From Lama glama (taxonomy: Eukaryota): a DNA stretch of 64,000 nt. The position numbers and the translations under genes are program-made. The stretch's first letter is position 1; every line of letters begins with the position of its first letter. The stretch is from assembly GCA_028534125.1 (NCBI GenBank), contig CM052832.1, forward strand, positions 22,632,001 through 22,696,000, written 5' to 3'. Below the pieces are notes generated by a model. The model made no database searches. It saw nothing but the letters and a program-made list of their open reading frames with translations, and was not told where the DNA came from. Below are positions 51,781-64,000 of the stretch, one piece after another.

Positions 51781-53523
51781 CAACAAGAGCCATTTCATAC
51801 ATCTCAATGGGCGTGCCAGCCCAGGAACCAATTATTAGCAGCATTCTGGGCAAGAAATCAGATTAGCAAGACAAGAACTTTACCCATTTAGTCTGCGGGA
51901 GCGGGCTAGACAAACCTCACTGCCGCTTGATTATATTAAGTGCCTTGAATTTCTTGCACATTTAATTTCTGCAATATTCAGTGATGGTTTGGCAAGCACG
52001 TTTTCCTCTTTGTTTTTCAAGCTGCATGCATTTTACAAAGTAAATTTTATGTGCTTTGGAAATCGTCACCCAAGTATCCTTTTTGCTTTGAAAGTGCTGC
52101 TGGAAATCATTTATAGTCGTCAAGACAGAACCTTTGAAAACCATTGACCCGCTTGTTTTATGTGATGACATCCTGGTTCTGGGAAAGAAATGCCTAAAAA
52201 TCTGGGGAAAACAACAGAAGACATTTTAACTGTTGTTAATTCTGCAGGAACGAAACTGCGACTATTCCTATTTCAAGGGATTTTGTAAACCAGAAAATTG
52301 ATCTTTGCATATATCTAAATGAAATATTCCTGAGTGAAACATACTCAATGAACAAAGTGCAAGAAATATTTTGTATCTAAATACAGATTTGAGCCATTAA
52401 TACAATTTTTAAAAGGCAGCTACAGTTTGGGCATTTTCCACCTTATTTTACAACACCAGGTCTTACAAGTCACACAGCATTTGGGGGAGAGGCCTCAGCA
52501 ATTTTCCACATACTGATGGCAGTGAGGATGGGATGGGACAGGGAAAGCCAGCCCAGAAGGGCTCCTTTATGTGCCCAGAGACCAGAGTCCTAAGTGATCA
52601 CTAGCAGTGGGGTTGCTGGGGCCTAGGTGTTGGGTCCACCATTATGCCAGTAAAATCCATCATGCAAAAATGTCAAAGAACTAACATATTTCGTAAGAAA
52701 CACTGCCCCTGGGAAATTATTGCAGTGACCCGTAGTAGCCAGAATCCAGCCATGGTGTGCCTGCGCATTCTCAGTGTGGCTCCGGTTCTGTGTGTGACAT
52801 TTCTAACTGCCCCTTTCGGCGGCATGTCTAGATTTGTCTTACCCACTCTCTATACTAAAATCGTAATCCCTCTTTTCGGTTCTCAGATTTGCAGCACCCA
52901 GGCAAGCCCCCAGCAGGCAGCCTGGGATATAATAGGCCTAACTTCTGCCCAGTGAAGGCGAACTCTAAGGAAGTGGGGCGCATAAATGTGATTTTTCCAG
53001 AATACAGCGAGGAATATTGCATTTTTATAGTGTGTGTCTGCTTTGGGAGAGGAAATGGTTCCAGGTGATGCTGAGAAGGCTGTCTGAGCTGAGAAGGAGC
53101 AGATCAGACACACTTCACCTGTGGCTCCATGAGCACATCTTCCCTGAATGTCTCTCCCTCCTCTTGGATGGTACTGTCCCTGTGTTTCAGGCTGTGAGTT
53201 AAGATCAGAAAAGAGGTAGCTTGTCTCCGTTTGGGGTGCCTGAAGCTGGAAATACAAGCTACACTTGACCATCACTTTTCCTGCAGGTCTTTTCCTAAAG
53301 AAAGGGAGATATGACTGTGAACTCTGATGATCCAAGGGTCCTGTAACATAGAAAACTCCCAGGCAGCAACCTGCCGTGCCCACTTTTGGAGCTGGTAGTG
53401 TCCTCGGTTCCTGGTGTATCTAATTTAACGTATTCTTACTAAGGAGCCAAGTGGTGAAGTAGAGTCACTTGAATCCTGAGAACTGTTTGGTATTTCCAGG
53501 GCACCTTCCAAAGTTTCATTTTG

Positions 53524-53608
53524 AGGTGGAGAGTATAGCAGAGCACATGCTTAGCATGCATTAAGTCCTGAGTTCAGTCCCCAGTACCTCCGTTGAAAAA
53601 TAGAGAAA
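53524..53608 (+). mobile_element. tRNA-Ala-derived camelid SINE (Vic-1 type)
   Basis: gagagtatagc[A-box deletion]agagcacatgcttagcatgcattaagtcctgagttcagtccccagtacctcc plus A-rich tail; TSD ccaaagtttcattttg (53508-23) / ccagagtttcattttg (53609-24). Confidence 0.9.
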
Positions 53609-54770
53609 CCAGAGTTTCATTTTGTGTTGGCCAAGAGCCCTGCTTCTTTCCTGAGGACTGTCAGGAGGGAAGGGGATTTTGTTCCCTTCTCTGTATTCGG
53701 CAGTGTGTCTTCGATGCACACGCACAGAGGCCAAATTACCTGTCCTCGTCCGCCTGCCTCAGCGGGGGGCTGTGGGGCATCCTGTGACCTTGCTCGCAAC
53801 TTGGCTGGGTACTGTTTGCGTGGATTTATGTGTACACAGGTGGTGCCTGAAGGGTCCAGGCCTTTCTTCTGCCTGCGTTATCGCTGCGTATGACACGTTT
53901 GGGGCGGGGCCTGGGGTTCTGTTTGCAAGATCAGCGAGGTGGGGAGTGATAGACCTCAGGATTTTGTTACAGCAAGGCTTTATTGTGCTTCTCAACAGCC
54001 CCTTGTGGGTTTTTTTTAGCCTTTTTCTACCTCTGGTTAGATGTTGTTCATACTGATATGGGAGGAATGAAAAGGGAAGAAGGGGAGAAGATTCCTGGAG
54101 CCTGACCCTGCCTAGGAAATTCCCACCTCCAACTCCCCAGGTACTAATAAATCTTTCATAATTTACCACACACTCCATAACCTACAATAATTTTAAAAGA
54201 TTAGAGGTATGTAAAACATTATTTATTATTGTTCATCCATCAAGTATTAATTGAGGGCCTCTCATGCCCAGAGTCCTCTGCAGATTCTTTGAACCATGGC
54301 CCTGAGCTCAATCCCTTTAATAAGTAACCAGGGTTAAAAACAAAAAAACTCACATCCTCTCTCCTTTTATAAACCGAAACAGCTCTTTCCTATTTCCCGT
54401 CTTTCACATTCTTTTTATAGCAAAGGTGAAAAGTAATAGTAATTATCATCCACTGGGACCTTTTCTGCTGAGACCGATATCTGTATAAGCCATATCCACA
54501 TCTTTAATGTGTAACTTTTATCACTAACATTTTTATTCTTGACCCAGTTGGGATGCTGGTTCCACCCTGCATCAGTCTACTCATGAAAAGCTCTAAACAC
54601 AAAATTACATCAAAGCAGCTAGACTGAACCATACATATATTTGCAACTGAATCTTGCGGCCCCATAAAGCCTGTGAGCAGGGATAATCCTGAAGGTGTGC
54701 ATCCTGTTTCGCAGTCAAGCACTGATCAGCGGGAGTGGAGATTAGCTATGAACTACTGGGACCACCTGGC

Positions 54771-54788
54771 CAGTGCCACCTGCTGCAG
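54771..54788 (-). promoter_or_regulatory. Putative CTCF site
   Basis: Minus strand CTGCAGCAGGTGGCACTG; 13/14 match to the core CCASYAGRKGGCRS. Confidence 0.45.
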
Positions 54789-54882
54789 GTCACCCATGGG
54801 GGGAGCATCTGGTGGAGGGAGGGGAGGAGAGGCGGTCTTGCTGGTGATGTAAGAGCATGATGGATGAAGGCACACTGCTCTT

Positions 54883-55321
54883 CGTTAGAGTTTCCTAGGG
54901 CTGCCATAATTAACCACAGACTAGGTGCCTTAAAACAACAGAAATGTATTTTCTCACAGTTCTGGGGGTTCAAAGTCCAAAATGAAGGTGTCAGCAGGGC
55001 CGTGCTCCTCTGAAACCTCTAGGGAAGAAACCTTCCTTGCCTCTCCCAACTCCTGATGGGTCCCAGCATTCCTTGGCTTATAGCAGCATCGTTCCAACCT
55101 CTGTCTTCACTGTCACATGACTGTCTTCGCTGTGTGGCCCTGTGTCTGCTCCTCGTTTTATAAGGACACAAGAGTCATTGATGTTAGGGCCCACCCTAAA
55201 TCCACCATGATTTCATCTCAAGCTCTTTAACTACATCTGCAGAGGTCCTATATCCAAGTAAGGGCACATTCTGAGGTTCTAAGTGGACAAGACTGAGGGG
55301 GACATCATTCATCCGATTGCA
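54883..55321 (-). mobile_element. MaLR MLT1C-like solo LTR
   Basis: gtttcctagggctgccata...ttaaaacaacagaaatgtattttctcacagttctgg...tataaggacac...tagggcccaccctaaatcca...cacattctgaggt. Confidence 0.9.
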
Positions 55322-55869
55322 CCCCCACTTACTTTCAGTATTTCTCAGAATGATGTACATAGCTGGAGATTCTCGAATGGCAGGTGCGAATCTTTTCAGT
55401 GACTTCCCCTGAGCAATATGTGGAGAAGTGTTCATTTTTTCATTTTTGTATTGATTCATCATCGATCTATTCATTTGTTTCTCCGCTTAATAAAGACAAA
55501 TGCAGAGATTTGAGACTCTGTGTCTATGGGGCTTAGAATTTAAGATGATAATTTTCTGATAAATACTGGGAAGTGTTCTCTTCTTCTCACTTGATCTTCT
55601 CAGCAGCCCCATGAAGCGGGTGGAGCCGACCTTAGTCCTGGCCTCACTGAGCAGGATGCTGAGGCTCAGTGGGGCTGGGTGTTGCCAGTGTTCCATCAGT
55701 GAAGGGTGGAGCAGGGTTGGGTCTTCCATGTCTACATTTGATTTCCTCCTACTAGATCCAAAAACAGCCTGATTTTCACATTTTTTCCTGTCACAGACCT
55801 CAGAGAAACCCCCCTCCCTGGCCATCTATTTCCATGGTCGGATTTTCACTGGACTTTGAGGTTTAGCTT

Positions 55870-56070
55870 TGATGACTTTGGAGTCAGGCTGAGCTGTGTT
55901 CTTGGCCAGCTTTTGCCAGCTTTTTAACATCGAATGAGTCACGTATCCTTTATGGCCCTCAGCTTTCTCCTCTAAATGGAGGGAGTAGTAATGCTCTTGG
56001 AGGATTATCTTCCTACAAGGAAAATGAACTTCATATATTTAAGGCATCTCACAAAGTACCTCCAAAACAG
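55870..56070 (+). mobile_element. MIR SINE
   Basis: gactttggagtcagg...gagtcacgtatcctt...cctcagctttctcctctaaatggag. Confidence 0.6.
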
Positions 56071-57289
56071 TAGACCCTTTTTATGGTGTGTATTTTATTG
56101 TAGCCCAGGAGAAAGAGTGGATGGTCTGAAGAATCCGTGTTTTGGGTCAGAACCGGCTGGATGGTCTGAGACAAACGTCAGTCATGCTACATCTCATGAC
56201 GAGGTATCTGAGTACATTCAGTTCCATGATTTATGGGTTAAAGAGAATTGTAAACAAAGATGTCTCCAGTTTTCCTAGTTAACTCAGAGCCATTTAAACT
56301 TCATGTAGGGAACACTTACGAAACTTCTCGTACACACGAGGAGCAGAGAATGTCTGCAAGAGGTCTAGAGAATTCTTGCTGTTGTTTCAGAGTGTCAGAT
56401 GAAGTGACAAATTAGGCACTTCTTGTATGTTTCAGATCGAGTAGGGGTTATCCTTTTTTTAAAAAAAAACACAAAACCTTTACTTTCCATTCTTTCAAAA
56501 GATAATTGCACAATACTCACATTCCTGGGAGCACTTTAGAGACAACACGGGAATTGAAAATTTTAGTGTTTCCCAAGGAATTTAGAAGCATAGAATGATG
56601 TCGGGCTCAGATCAAATCAGAGTAACTTTTTAGGTCTCCATTTATTAAAAATGTATGTCTTGTTTTCAAGCATTTTCTTCCACGGCAGTTACTCACCAGC
56701 AGAACACAGTTTGACGCTTTTTAACTAGTGGTTTTTGACAACTCCAAAGCCCTTTCCCTCCTGCCCAAATGTTGCTTTTTCGTGAAGCCCCCCAAGGAAG
56801 CAAACAAGCCAACAGCCAATAAGAGACAATAAGCTCTTGTTCAAATGAACGTGTTAACATTCATTTGTCAGAAAACGGGGAGACCTTTGTGAGAAAGCTG
56901 ACTTGGAAATGAAATCTACATGGGGTAGCCTGACACTGCAGTCTTTTATGTCGATAGTGGATGAGGATCTCATATGCCATTTGCATGGAAATGAAGACTC
57001 AAAGCAACATTTACAAGAAGTGGTTCCAAGTCCCATCCCCACGGAGATCTCCTCATGTTCTCCTCTGAGTCTCCCACTGTTCTGGACCATTTTCTAGACT
57101 TTGTTCAACACACTTTGTCTTTTGTCTGCCATCTTTCCCTTTAAAAATTAGAACATGGTGTCATCCAAAGGGATGATTTATTATAAAAGAATTGTTTTTT
57201 CCCCTATCCAACCCAGTATAGGCAGGAATCCAAAGATGAGCGTGCTCCAACATCTTGCTTTTGTGTAAGAATTCATACTGTCTCCACAG

Positions 57290-57480
57290 TTCGTTTAGTT
57301 AAGCATCTGTTGATTCTGTTCCGTGTACCAGCTCTGTGCTGTCAACAGAACCGTGAATGGGGATGGTCTCTACCTCCTATTAGCTTTCAGTCTACGGGGG
57401 AGAAGTGAAATTAAACATATGCTATGGAAGCGGTGTCTCAGACAGAGTATCTACTAGGAAGCGTTTATCCAAGATCGATA
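57290..57480 (-). mobile_element. L2 fragment
   Basis: ttcgtttagttaagcatctgttga...gtgtaccagctctgtgct...gctttcagtctacgggggaga. Confidence 0.55.
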
Positions 57481-58014
57481 GAATCCAGCATGATAAAAAA
57501 AAACTCTGTTCAGTTTTCCTTGTTCACAAAATAAGTCAATGTGATTAGGCTGGAAGATGATTTCTGCTTGATTATTCTATCTTGGTCGAGTGATAAAGCC
57601 TAATTTTGGCCTCCTCTACAGTCTAGTTCGATTTTCCTGTGGTGGTGACATTCAGTGTCTCTTAGAGAAACTGGGGGGTGGCGGAGGGGCAGGCGGAATC
57701 GTCTAAAGAACTGGAGTGAAAACTGAGCACGAGGCTCCACTTTTGCTGTGTTTTTCTCGTCTCGGGAGTGGAAAGAATGAATCAAATCTGCACGTAGGCA
57801 CAATTTCTCAAAGCAGGCTCGTTGCCAGCTTTGCTTGTGAAAGTTCAATCAAGAAAATCTCTTCTTAACCTCCCCATCTTCATATGATTAGATTCTCCAG
57901 CTCGAAGATGAGTGAAACGTTGTTCTCCGAGTTTCAGTCGCGTGTCCTGGGGCCGAGGCCAGGATGCGTCCTCGGAGAAGGCGCTCTTCTCTAAACGCCT
58001 CTGCCCTGCATTTG

Positions 58015-58397
58015 CAGGCATACCTTGTTTTATTGTACTTTGCTTTATGGTGCTACACAGAGACTGCATTTTTAACAAACGGAAGGCATTTTTAGAAATG
58101 GCATCGAGCAAGTCTTTAGGGGCCATATTTTCCAACAGCATTTGCTCACTTCCTATCTCTGTGTCACCTTTGGTAATGCTTGGAATACTTCAAACCCTCC
58201 ACCAGCAAAACGATTACTAGTCACTGAAGGTTCAGGTGATGGTTAGAATTTTTTAGCAATATTTTTAAATTAAAGTATGTACTTTGTCTTTTTAAACATA
58301 GTGCTGCTGTACACTTAATAGACAACAGTATAGTGTAAACATAACTTTCATATGCACTGTGGAACCAAAACATGACAGTATCTCCGAGGTGTGCGTG
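58015..58397. mobile_element. Tigger1-derived internally deleted DNA transposon (second copy)
   Basis: caggcataccttgttttattg...ccgaggtgtgcgtg|TA; shares blocks with 35966-36417 but has different deletion points (retains ctccaccagcaaaacgattac). Confidence 0.9.
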
Positions 58398-60614
58398 TAT
58401 ACATTCGCAAAGTGAAAATGCCGTCTTAAAGGCAAGAATCCTCTTTCTGTGTTGTACATGCTCCTTGTGAGGCAGTGAGTGAAGAAGCCTATAGACAAAG
58501 AGGGCGTTTGGGTTGCTGCATTCCCACAAGATGTAGCCAACTCAGTAGCCGTCCTGCAGGGTGTCTCAAACACCTTAACTTATGACTTTAATTACTTCAG
58601 AAGTATCAGTGTACGACCTTATAATAATCTTTTGAAATATTAATTACTTATGCTCCTTTGTATGTATGCAACTTTGTGAATCTTGAATAATCTTTTCATA
58701 TCTTTAATTAGTGTGTGCCATCTACAGTGAGAAGAACTGGAAAAAAATAAAATGAGAAACATACTAAAAACTCACAAAACTGCCTAAGTGTAAAAGGAAG
58801 GAGACCATAAATACTGCAAGGAGTGTTCCTTGGACATTTGTAGCATTTTTGCTTCTGAGGTTGTTAAAGCTTAAAACTGTGCTAGGACTTCTGGGATACC
58901 CTGTAGTATGTGGTGGTTTATTCTGAAATTCAAATAATTTCACTAGTTTTTTTTTTTAATGGATTAAAATTTAAAAAGAAATAAACATGTAATTTAACAT
59001 AACGACCACAACTTTTGAGTTAAAACCTGAATAAAATTGTTATCAAAAGATGACTACATCGACTCCAAAAAAAAGTCAGGCAGCCTGTTGACACGTAGAG
59101 TGTGCAATTGAGAAGTCTACATAACCAGCAACACACTTTTCAGTTCAGCGAGACCACAGACGTTGGCTAATTCTGGAGGTCAGCTGGAGCTTTTCTTGGA
59201 CTCAGGGCAGGGCAGTGCCTTACCACTTCTTGGTAAGCGAAACTCATCAATTCTTCTGGTGTAGCATCTACTTAGAATATAATCCAGGCTTGGTGGCTGC
59301 TAAGTTTTCATTTTAGACAGAAATGGATATAAAATGTTTGGTGATATAAGCAAATCTTACACTTCCCTGTGGAAACGAAGGAGTTCCGCCCTCCGGTCCT
59401 GTCTGACATTTGGTTTACAGAGTGTGGTGAGCAGCTCAGGGGTAAGGCATTCGGCTAAGGGGCGGCACTGTGTATCTGTAGAACAGATTCAAGTATATTC
59501 CTATTCTGTTTGCTTTGAGAACAAATATTTTCCCTGAAGTTAAGTCTGTTTGGCTGGATGTGCAGGGTGGGCATGTGAAGCGGGGCACAGTGCTTGGTTC
59601 TGTCCAGCAGAAGCCCTGCATTCTAAGGGAGCCCAGCAGTGTGGAGAGCCATGGCCACCCTCAGCCTGTCCTGTATCTCCAATATCTCTGATGTCAGAAT
59701 GAACACTCAGGTCCTCCTACTATCTTCTCTCAGAGGATTTTTGCTGGAAATTACCTCTTCACAGACCTACCACATACACCCCTGATGTCTTGCTCATTTC
59801 TGAATCTTGGTTCAACCAGGTATGAGGTGTATCTTGACCAACACAATCGTGGTGCAGAGCTGGTACAATGAAGTGCAATGGTCTTGTGGCACATAGCATC
59901 CTTGGCTTCCTTGGCTTATTGGCAAATTCTGTTCAGGGTTATGCACTCTAATCCAGGCTCAGCATCAGATTTTAGTGGCCTTGACACAATCACTAGAAAT
60001 GAATTCCAACCTTGAGGCACCATTTATGAAACTAATTATGCTACCCTTTGAATTACACTTTACCTCCCATGTTTTACAGTTAAACAGTATCCCTTTTAAT
60101 GATCACATGATACAGGATTTAGTATGTATCACTAAAGTATTACTTGTTGTAAAAGTAATTCCTCGAAGTACCAGCACCTCTGATTTTTTTGGCTCCACAT
60201 AAGGAAACCCTTTCTAAAAATTCAAAATCATCCAAAATTGGAATAGACTGCCGGGTAGGTGGTGAGTGCCCCATCACTGGAAAAGTTCAAGCAAAGACTG
60301 GATGGCCATCTGCCAAAATGCATTGGATAGAATCACTGTGTTGGACGGAACACCATGCTCTCTCAAATTGTTTCCCAGTTTCAGGCTCTGTGGCTATAGT
60401 AAGCCTTGCTTTTGTGCGATTGTAATGGTTCAGATTATGGAAGCTCACTGTTCACTTTCACCTCTTCTTGCAGTCGGCTCCTGCTCTCCATGGGGTTAAA
60501 ATGTGCATTTGCCCAGGTCCCAGCATGATGTCGTTTTGCTGTTTTCCTTTGATAGCGAAGGTAACTGAGAAATATGCGATGACCAGACCTGGGGGGAAGC
60601 AGTGAGGTGCGAAA

Positions 60615-60835
60615 GCTCACATCCAGAGCCACACTGCCCAGCTCTGCAACTGGCTGGCAGTATGACCTGAGCAAGGTTCATGGATCCAAAACCTCAGGTT
60701 ACTTACCTGCCAAAGTCAAAGCGTAAGAGTACCTACCTAATAGGGCTCTTGAAGAAACTCAATAAGAAAATATCTGTGAAGTATTTAGTGTAAGGTGTGG
60801 CACTTTCAGTGAATATAATGATAAACAGTCAGTAT
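60615..60835 (+). mobile_element. MIR SINE
   Basis: cccagctctgcaactggctggcagtatgacctgagcaag...cctcaggttacttacctg...gtacctacctaatagggct. Confidence 0.8.
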
Positions 60836-62320
60836 TTGTTGTGGTGGTTTTTATTATCCATGGGGGTTGTCTGTTTTCAATGAGTCAGAAGATGTTTTGC
60901 TTGCCTGCTGCAGATGAATGATGGATTTGATTTCAAGAGCTTTGTTAATTCTTGGCATTTTTAAAACCAAGATGATGGTTTTAAATGAATAAATCATGAT
61001 TCCCTGATGATGGTTATGTGATGCATAAATATAATCATTAGTGCTAGTTATGTCCTTTCACCTATCTGTACCCTTAATTCTATGACTCTGTTAATCAAGT
61101 TAGTTTAAAACAGCTTTACAGGAAGTTTCAATTACTTTTTTAAGAGTATAAAGTTTTTAAAAGATAGCCCATAATTATGAAGTACCCTCCCCCCTAAATT
61201 CCAGTCCCAGTTTTAAAAGCCTGGGTTACTTGTAGTCTACGATTACCATTGTCATCATGGACTCTCGTTATATTTATCAGAGAATATTTGGGTTTAAAAG
61301 GTTTTCAGATTTTTGTTTTGTTTACAGAGCGCTGATTCATACTAAAGTGGTCGCCTCAGTTTAACGTCTGAATCATGCTAGCATGTGCGGCTTTCCTTTC
61401 CCATTGAAACAGAAATGATCCCAGTGAGTGAAAAGCAAAGATAAGCTGAGAATAGAGTTGCAGTCTTGGTTTGTGCAGGTGCTGTTTTGTTAAACGTCCT
61501 GGTACATGTGCATTGTATTTTTTTGCACACACAGTAACAGTCAATTTTTTTTTTGAACATGCATTACAATGTTGAGCTTATTACAAGTCATGACAAAGCC
61601 CTGTTGGAACCAAAGAGAGGACTTAGGCTCTTTATATACTGAGAAGCTGTTCCCATTGTAACTCAGAGATTTCAGTTCAGGAAATATCATCTGGCAGTTT
61701 GCTTTGTGGGTTGTTTACAGACGAGCTACCTTCTGCCTTCCATTCCTTACGTGCTGTGCTGAGAACAGTCTCGTGCTTTGAGGTTAGTCTTCTCAAATGT
61801 GTTTGAAGGTGATAAAAGTCACACCAGGCCCGACTGGGTCTTTATGTCACAGAATCATGCCCCTTCTGTCTCTCTCCCTCTCTTCCTCTATTCAGAGCTA
61901 AAACAAACCACTTCATAAGAACCTCATAAATTTTTCCCTCTGTGCACATTAGTTAAAAGACCCTCCTGTGCGGTGCCTTCAGCTCTGTGGGGACACCGTG
62001 TCACAGTCCGCTTGCTGGGAGATCAAAGTGGCACATCCTCAGCTCGTGGGACGCCTGGTGTGTCCCTGTAATGCATCTAGCAGGCCTTCCAGTGCACCTA
62101 CCTTCAAGAGGCGGGGGTGAGGTGGGGTGGGGCATTTTATCACAATTCGTAATACATTCAAATTTCAGTACAGTTTATAGAATCAAAAATAATTATACCT
62201 TCAACAGATAAGTGGCTTAGTAGCTTTCTCTGGGGCCACTTCCGTATTAGGAACTGTCAGGCTTTTTCTTTTTCTCTTTCTTTTTTTTGGGGGGGGGTGT
62301 AGAATAAATCATTCTCTTTT

Positions 62321-62838
62321 TGCTACCAAGTCCAAACTTGTTTTGCTCGCCACACGACAGGCAAGTAAATCAGGAGATGAGTTGTTGGGGCAAGGAATAG
62401 TGACTTTATTCGGAAAGCCAGCAGACTGAGAAGATGGGGGAGCGATGTCATGGAGAACCGTCTTCCCTAAGTCAGAATTCAGGCTCCTTTAATGCTAAAA
62501 AGGAGAGGGAGAGTGGTTGGTTGTTGCAAGCTCCTTGGTGTTGGAATCCTTTGTTCTCGCAGCTGTCCGTGTGGTCAGGTCATGATGTTCCTGTAAACCT
62601 CCAACAAGACAAACGTTATTCTCTGTTCTGCAACTTTTATCTCTATATGAATGGAAAAGTGTTCTACCCTTAAAGGTCACAGCCTTGAAAATAGGCTAGC
62701 CTGTATATTTTAGTCCATAAGCAACATTCTTTTACAAAAGGTGCAAAACCAGCATGACTAAGCCTAGAAGACAGAGCACAGAGTTAGAGCCCAAGGAACA
62801 GAGCTAATGTGGAGTCAGATTTGTTCTTCCCTACTGCA
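62321..62838 (-). mobile_element. ERV1-class solo LTR (tentatively a cetartiodactyl MER41-like family)
   Basis: TG...CA ends, 518 bp; T-rich 4-bp flanks (tttt/ttta); AATAAA on the minus strand (gactttattcgg); typical U5 'ctcgccacacgacagg...gttggggcaaggaatag'. Confidence 0.8.
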
Positions 62839-64000
62839 TTTATTCCCAATCAGAAAATTTCCAGCTTGGTTTATAATTTGTGAATACAACTTCTGAGCCT
62901 CTAAAATATTATGGAGAGGAGGGGTCATGCTTGCTACTGTATGTGCCAGCAGAGCAGGCAAGATAATGTTTGCACTTTACAAATGTGAAAACATGTTAAA
63001 TACTGTACCTGCAGTCCTGCTCTGGGCTTCTTGTTCTTCTCCCTTTGTGGGGTGCCTGGTCTTGTCCTCAGCTAAACTGTTCCCTGCTTATTAACCTTGG
63101 AGAGCAGCTTAGTTTCCTTGCAAAGATCATTTGTCAATAACAACTCATTTCTGTTACCAAATCACCCTTGCAGAGAATCCAGTCTATGGTGTAATAGCTT
63201 TTGAAGGTGAAAGAAACATTAAGAAATCATTTTAGTTAAGTGGCGGCCTCCACACTTTATAGAATAGGAATCTGAAATTTGTCCAGTGTGTACACATTTA
63301 TGAGGTGCTATGTTTTCTGTAATCTCCAACACTAAAGATTGAAAAATGCACCATTACTTTATGTACCGATAAAACAAAAAGAAGTGTTACCAATTTAAAT
63401 TATGAATTCGCTTTGACAGTTAGACACATCCTGATTTCAGAGAGATGATTAGTGTAAGACTCCATTAACACAGACATATCTCTCATTGATGAAATAACAT
63501 GATTTCACCCTGTCTTTCACAAACTAAACAAATACTGTGAAGGACAGCTGCTTAGATCAGGGAGGGAGGTGGCCACTGGAGGGGGAAATGGAGGATGGGT
63601 GTACACCAAGCTCTAAGACATTCTTTGGCTAGAAGCTGTCCTGGAGTTACAGACATATTACTTATGCCTGCACGAGGCACACGTTTCCAATATCCTACTG
63701 GAGTTACAGTTCCTTCTCTGCAGCTTGTGGTTCTTTGTTTTGTAGGGCACCATCTAAATGACAGTGATTGTCCTAAGTTCCTAAATTTCATGGGATTGAT
63801 TTAGGGCAGGACTGCTGGTGGCTGTTCCCAGGCGTGTGGCCTCCAGGAGAGGAGAGCGTCTGGGAGCTCCCCTCCTTCATGCTCAGTGATTTACTTCTTT
63901 GTCTCTACCAGACCAGAGCCGTCTCTGGGGCTTGGGAAGTTGATGTTAGCTTCTTCACGGGGAAAAGCTGAGATCCTTGGTCTAAGAACAAACAGATGGT

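Noticed and set aside
53524..53592. Functional tRNA-Ala gene
   Set aside because: D-arm/A-box deletion, mutated T-loop, A-rich tail and TSD indicate a SINE
56979..56986. Octamer motif ATTTGCAT
   Set aside because: Several isolated copies occur in the window; no adjacent SOX site or snRNA PSE context
1..64000. The many 60-170 aa ORFs in the six-frame track as protein-coding genes
   Set aside because: Lengths and composition are as expected by chance in mammalian non-coding DNA, many start at non-ATG codons, and none is recognisable apart from L1 remnants
1..64000. CRISPR array, operon or other prokaryotic system
   Set aside because: No repeat-spacer periodicity or gene-dense structure; the sequence is clearly eutherian (MIR, L2, L1, MaLR)

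Overview
This is mammalian (eutherian) non-coding genomic DNA. It is very probably camelid, because it carries a tRNA-Ala-derived Vic-1-type SINE with a 16-bp target-site duplication (53524-53608) and cetartiodactyl-type L1 3' ends. I recognise no host protein-coding gene, intact RNA gene, CRISPR array or prokaryotic system. The ORF track is chance ORFs plus L1 ORF1/ORF2 remnants and repeat-derived peptides. The window is a mosaic of interspersed repeats (L1, L2, MIR, MaLR/ERVL/ERV1 LTRs, hAT and Tigger DNA transposons), microsatellites and unique sequence. Mostly minus-strand L1s and LTRs hint that it is an intron of a plus-strand gene. The most notable observations are: three phase-compatible plus-strand exon candidates; a small CpG-rich element with a perfect RFX X-box; tandem or clustered STAT (GAS) sites; a TALE/FOX motif cluster with a TATA box; two inverted copies of one ERV1 LTR family 30 kb apart; and two nested transposon stacks. 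None amounts to demonstrable evidence of a new biological system. Repeat family names come from my recollection of consensus sequences, not from a database search, and coordinates of old repeats are approximate.
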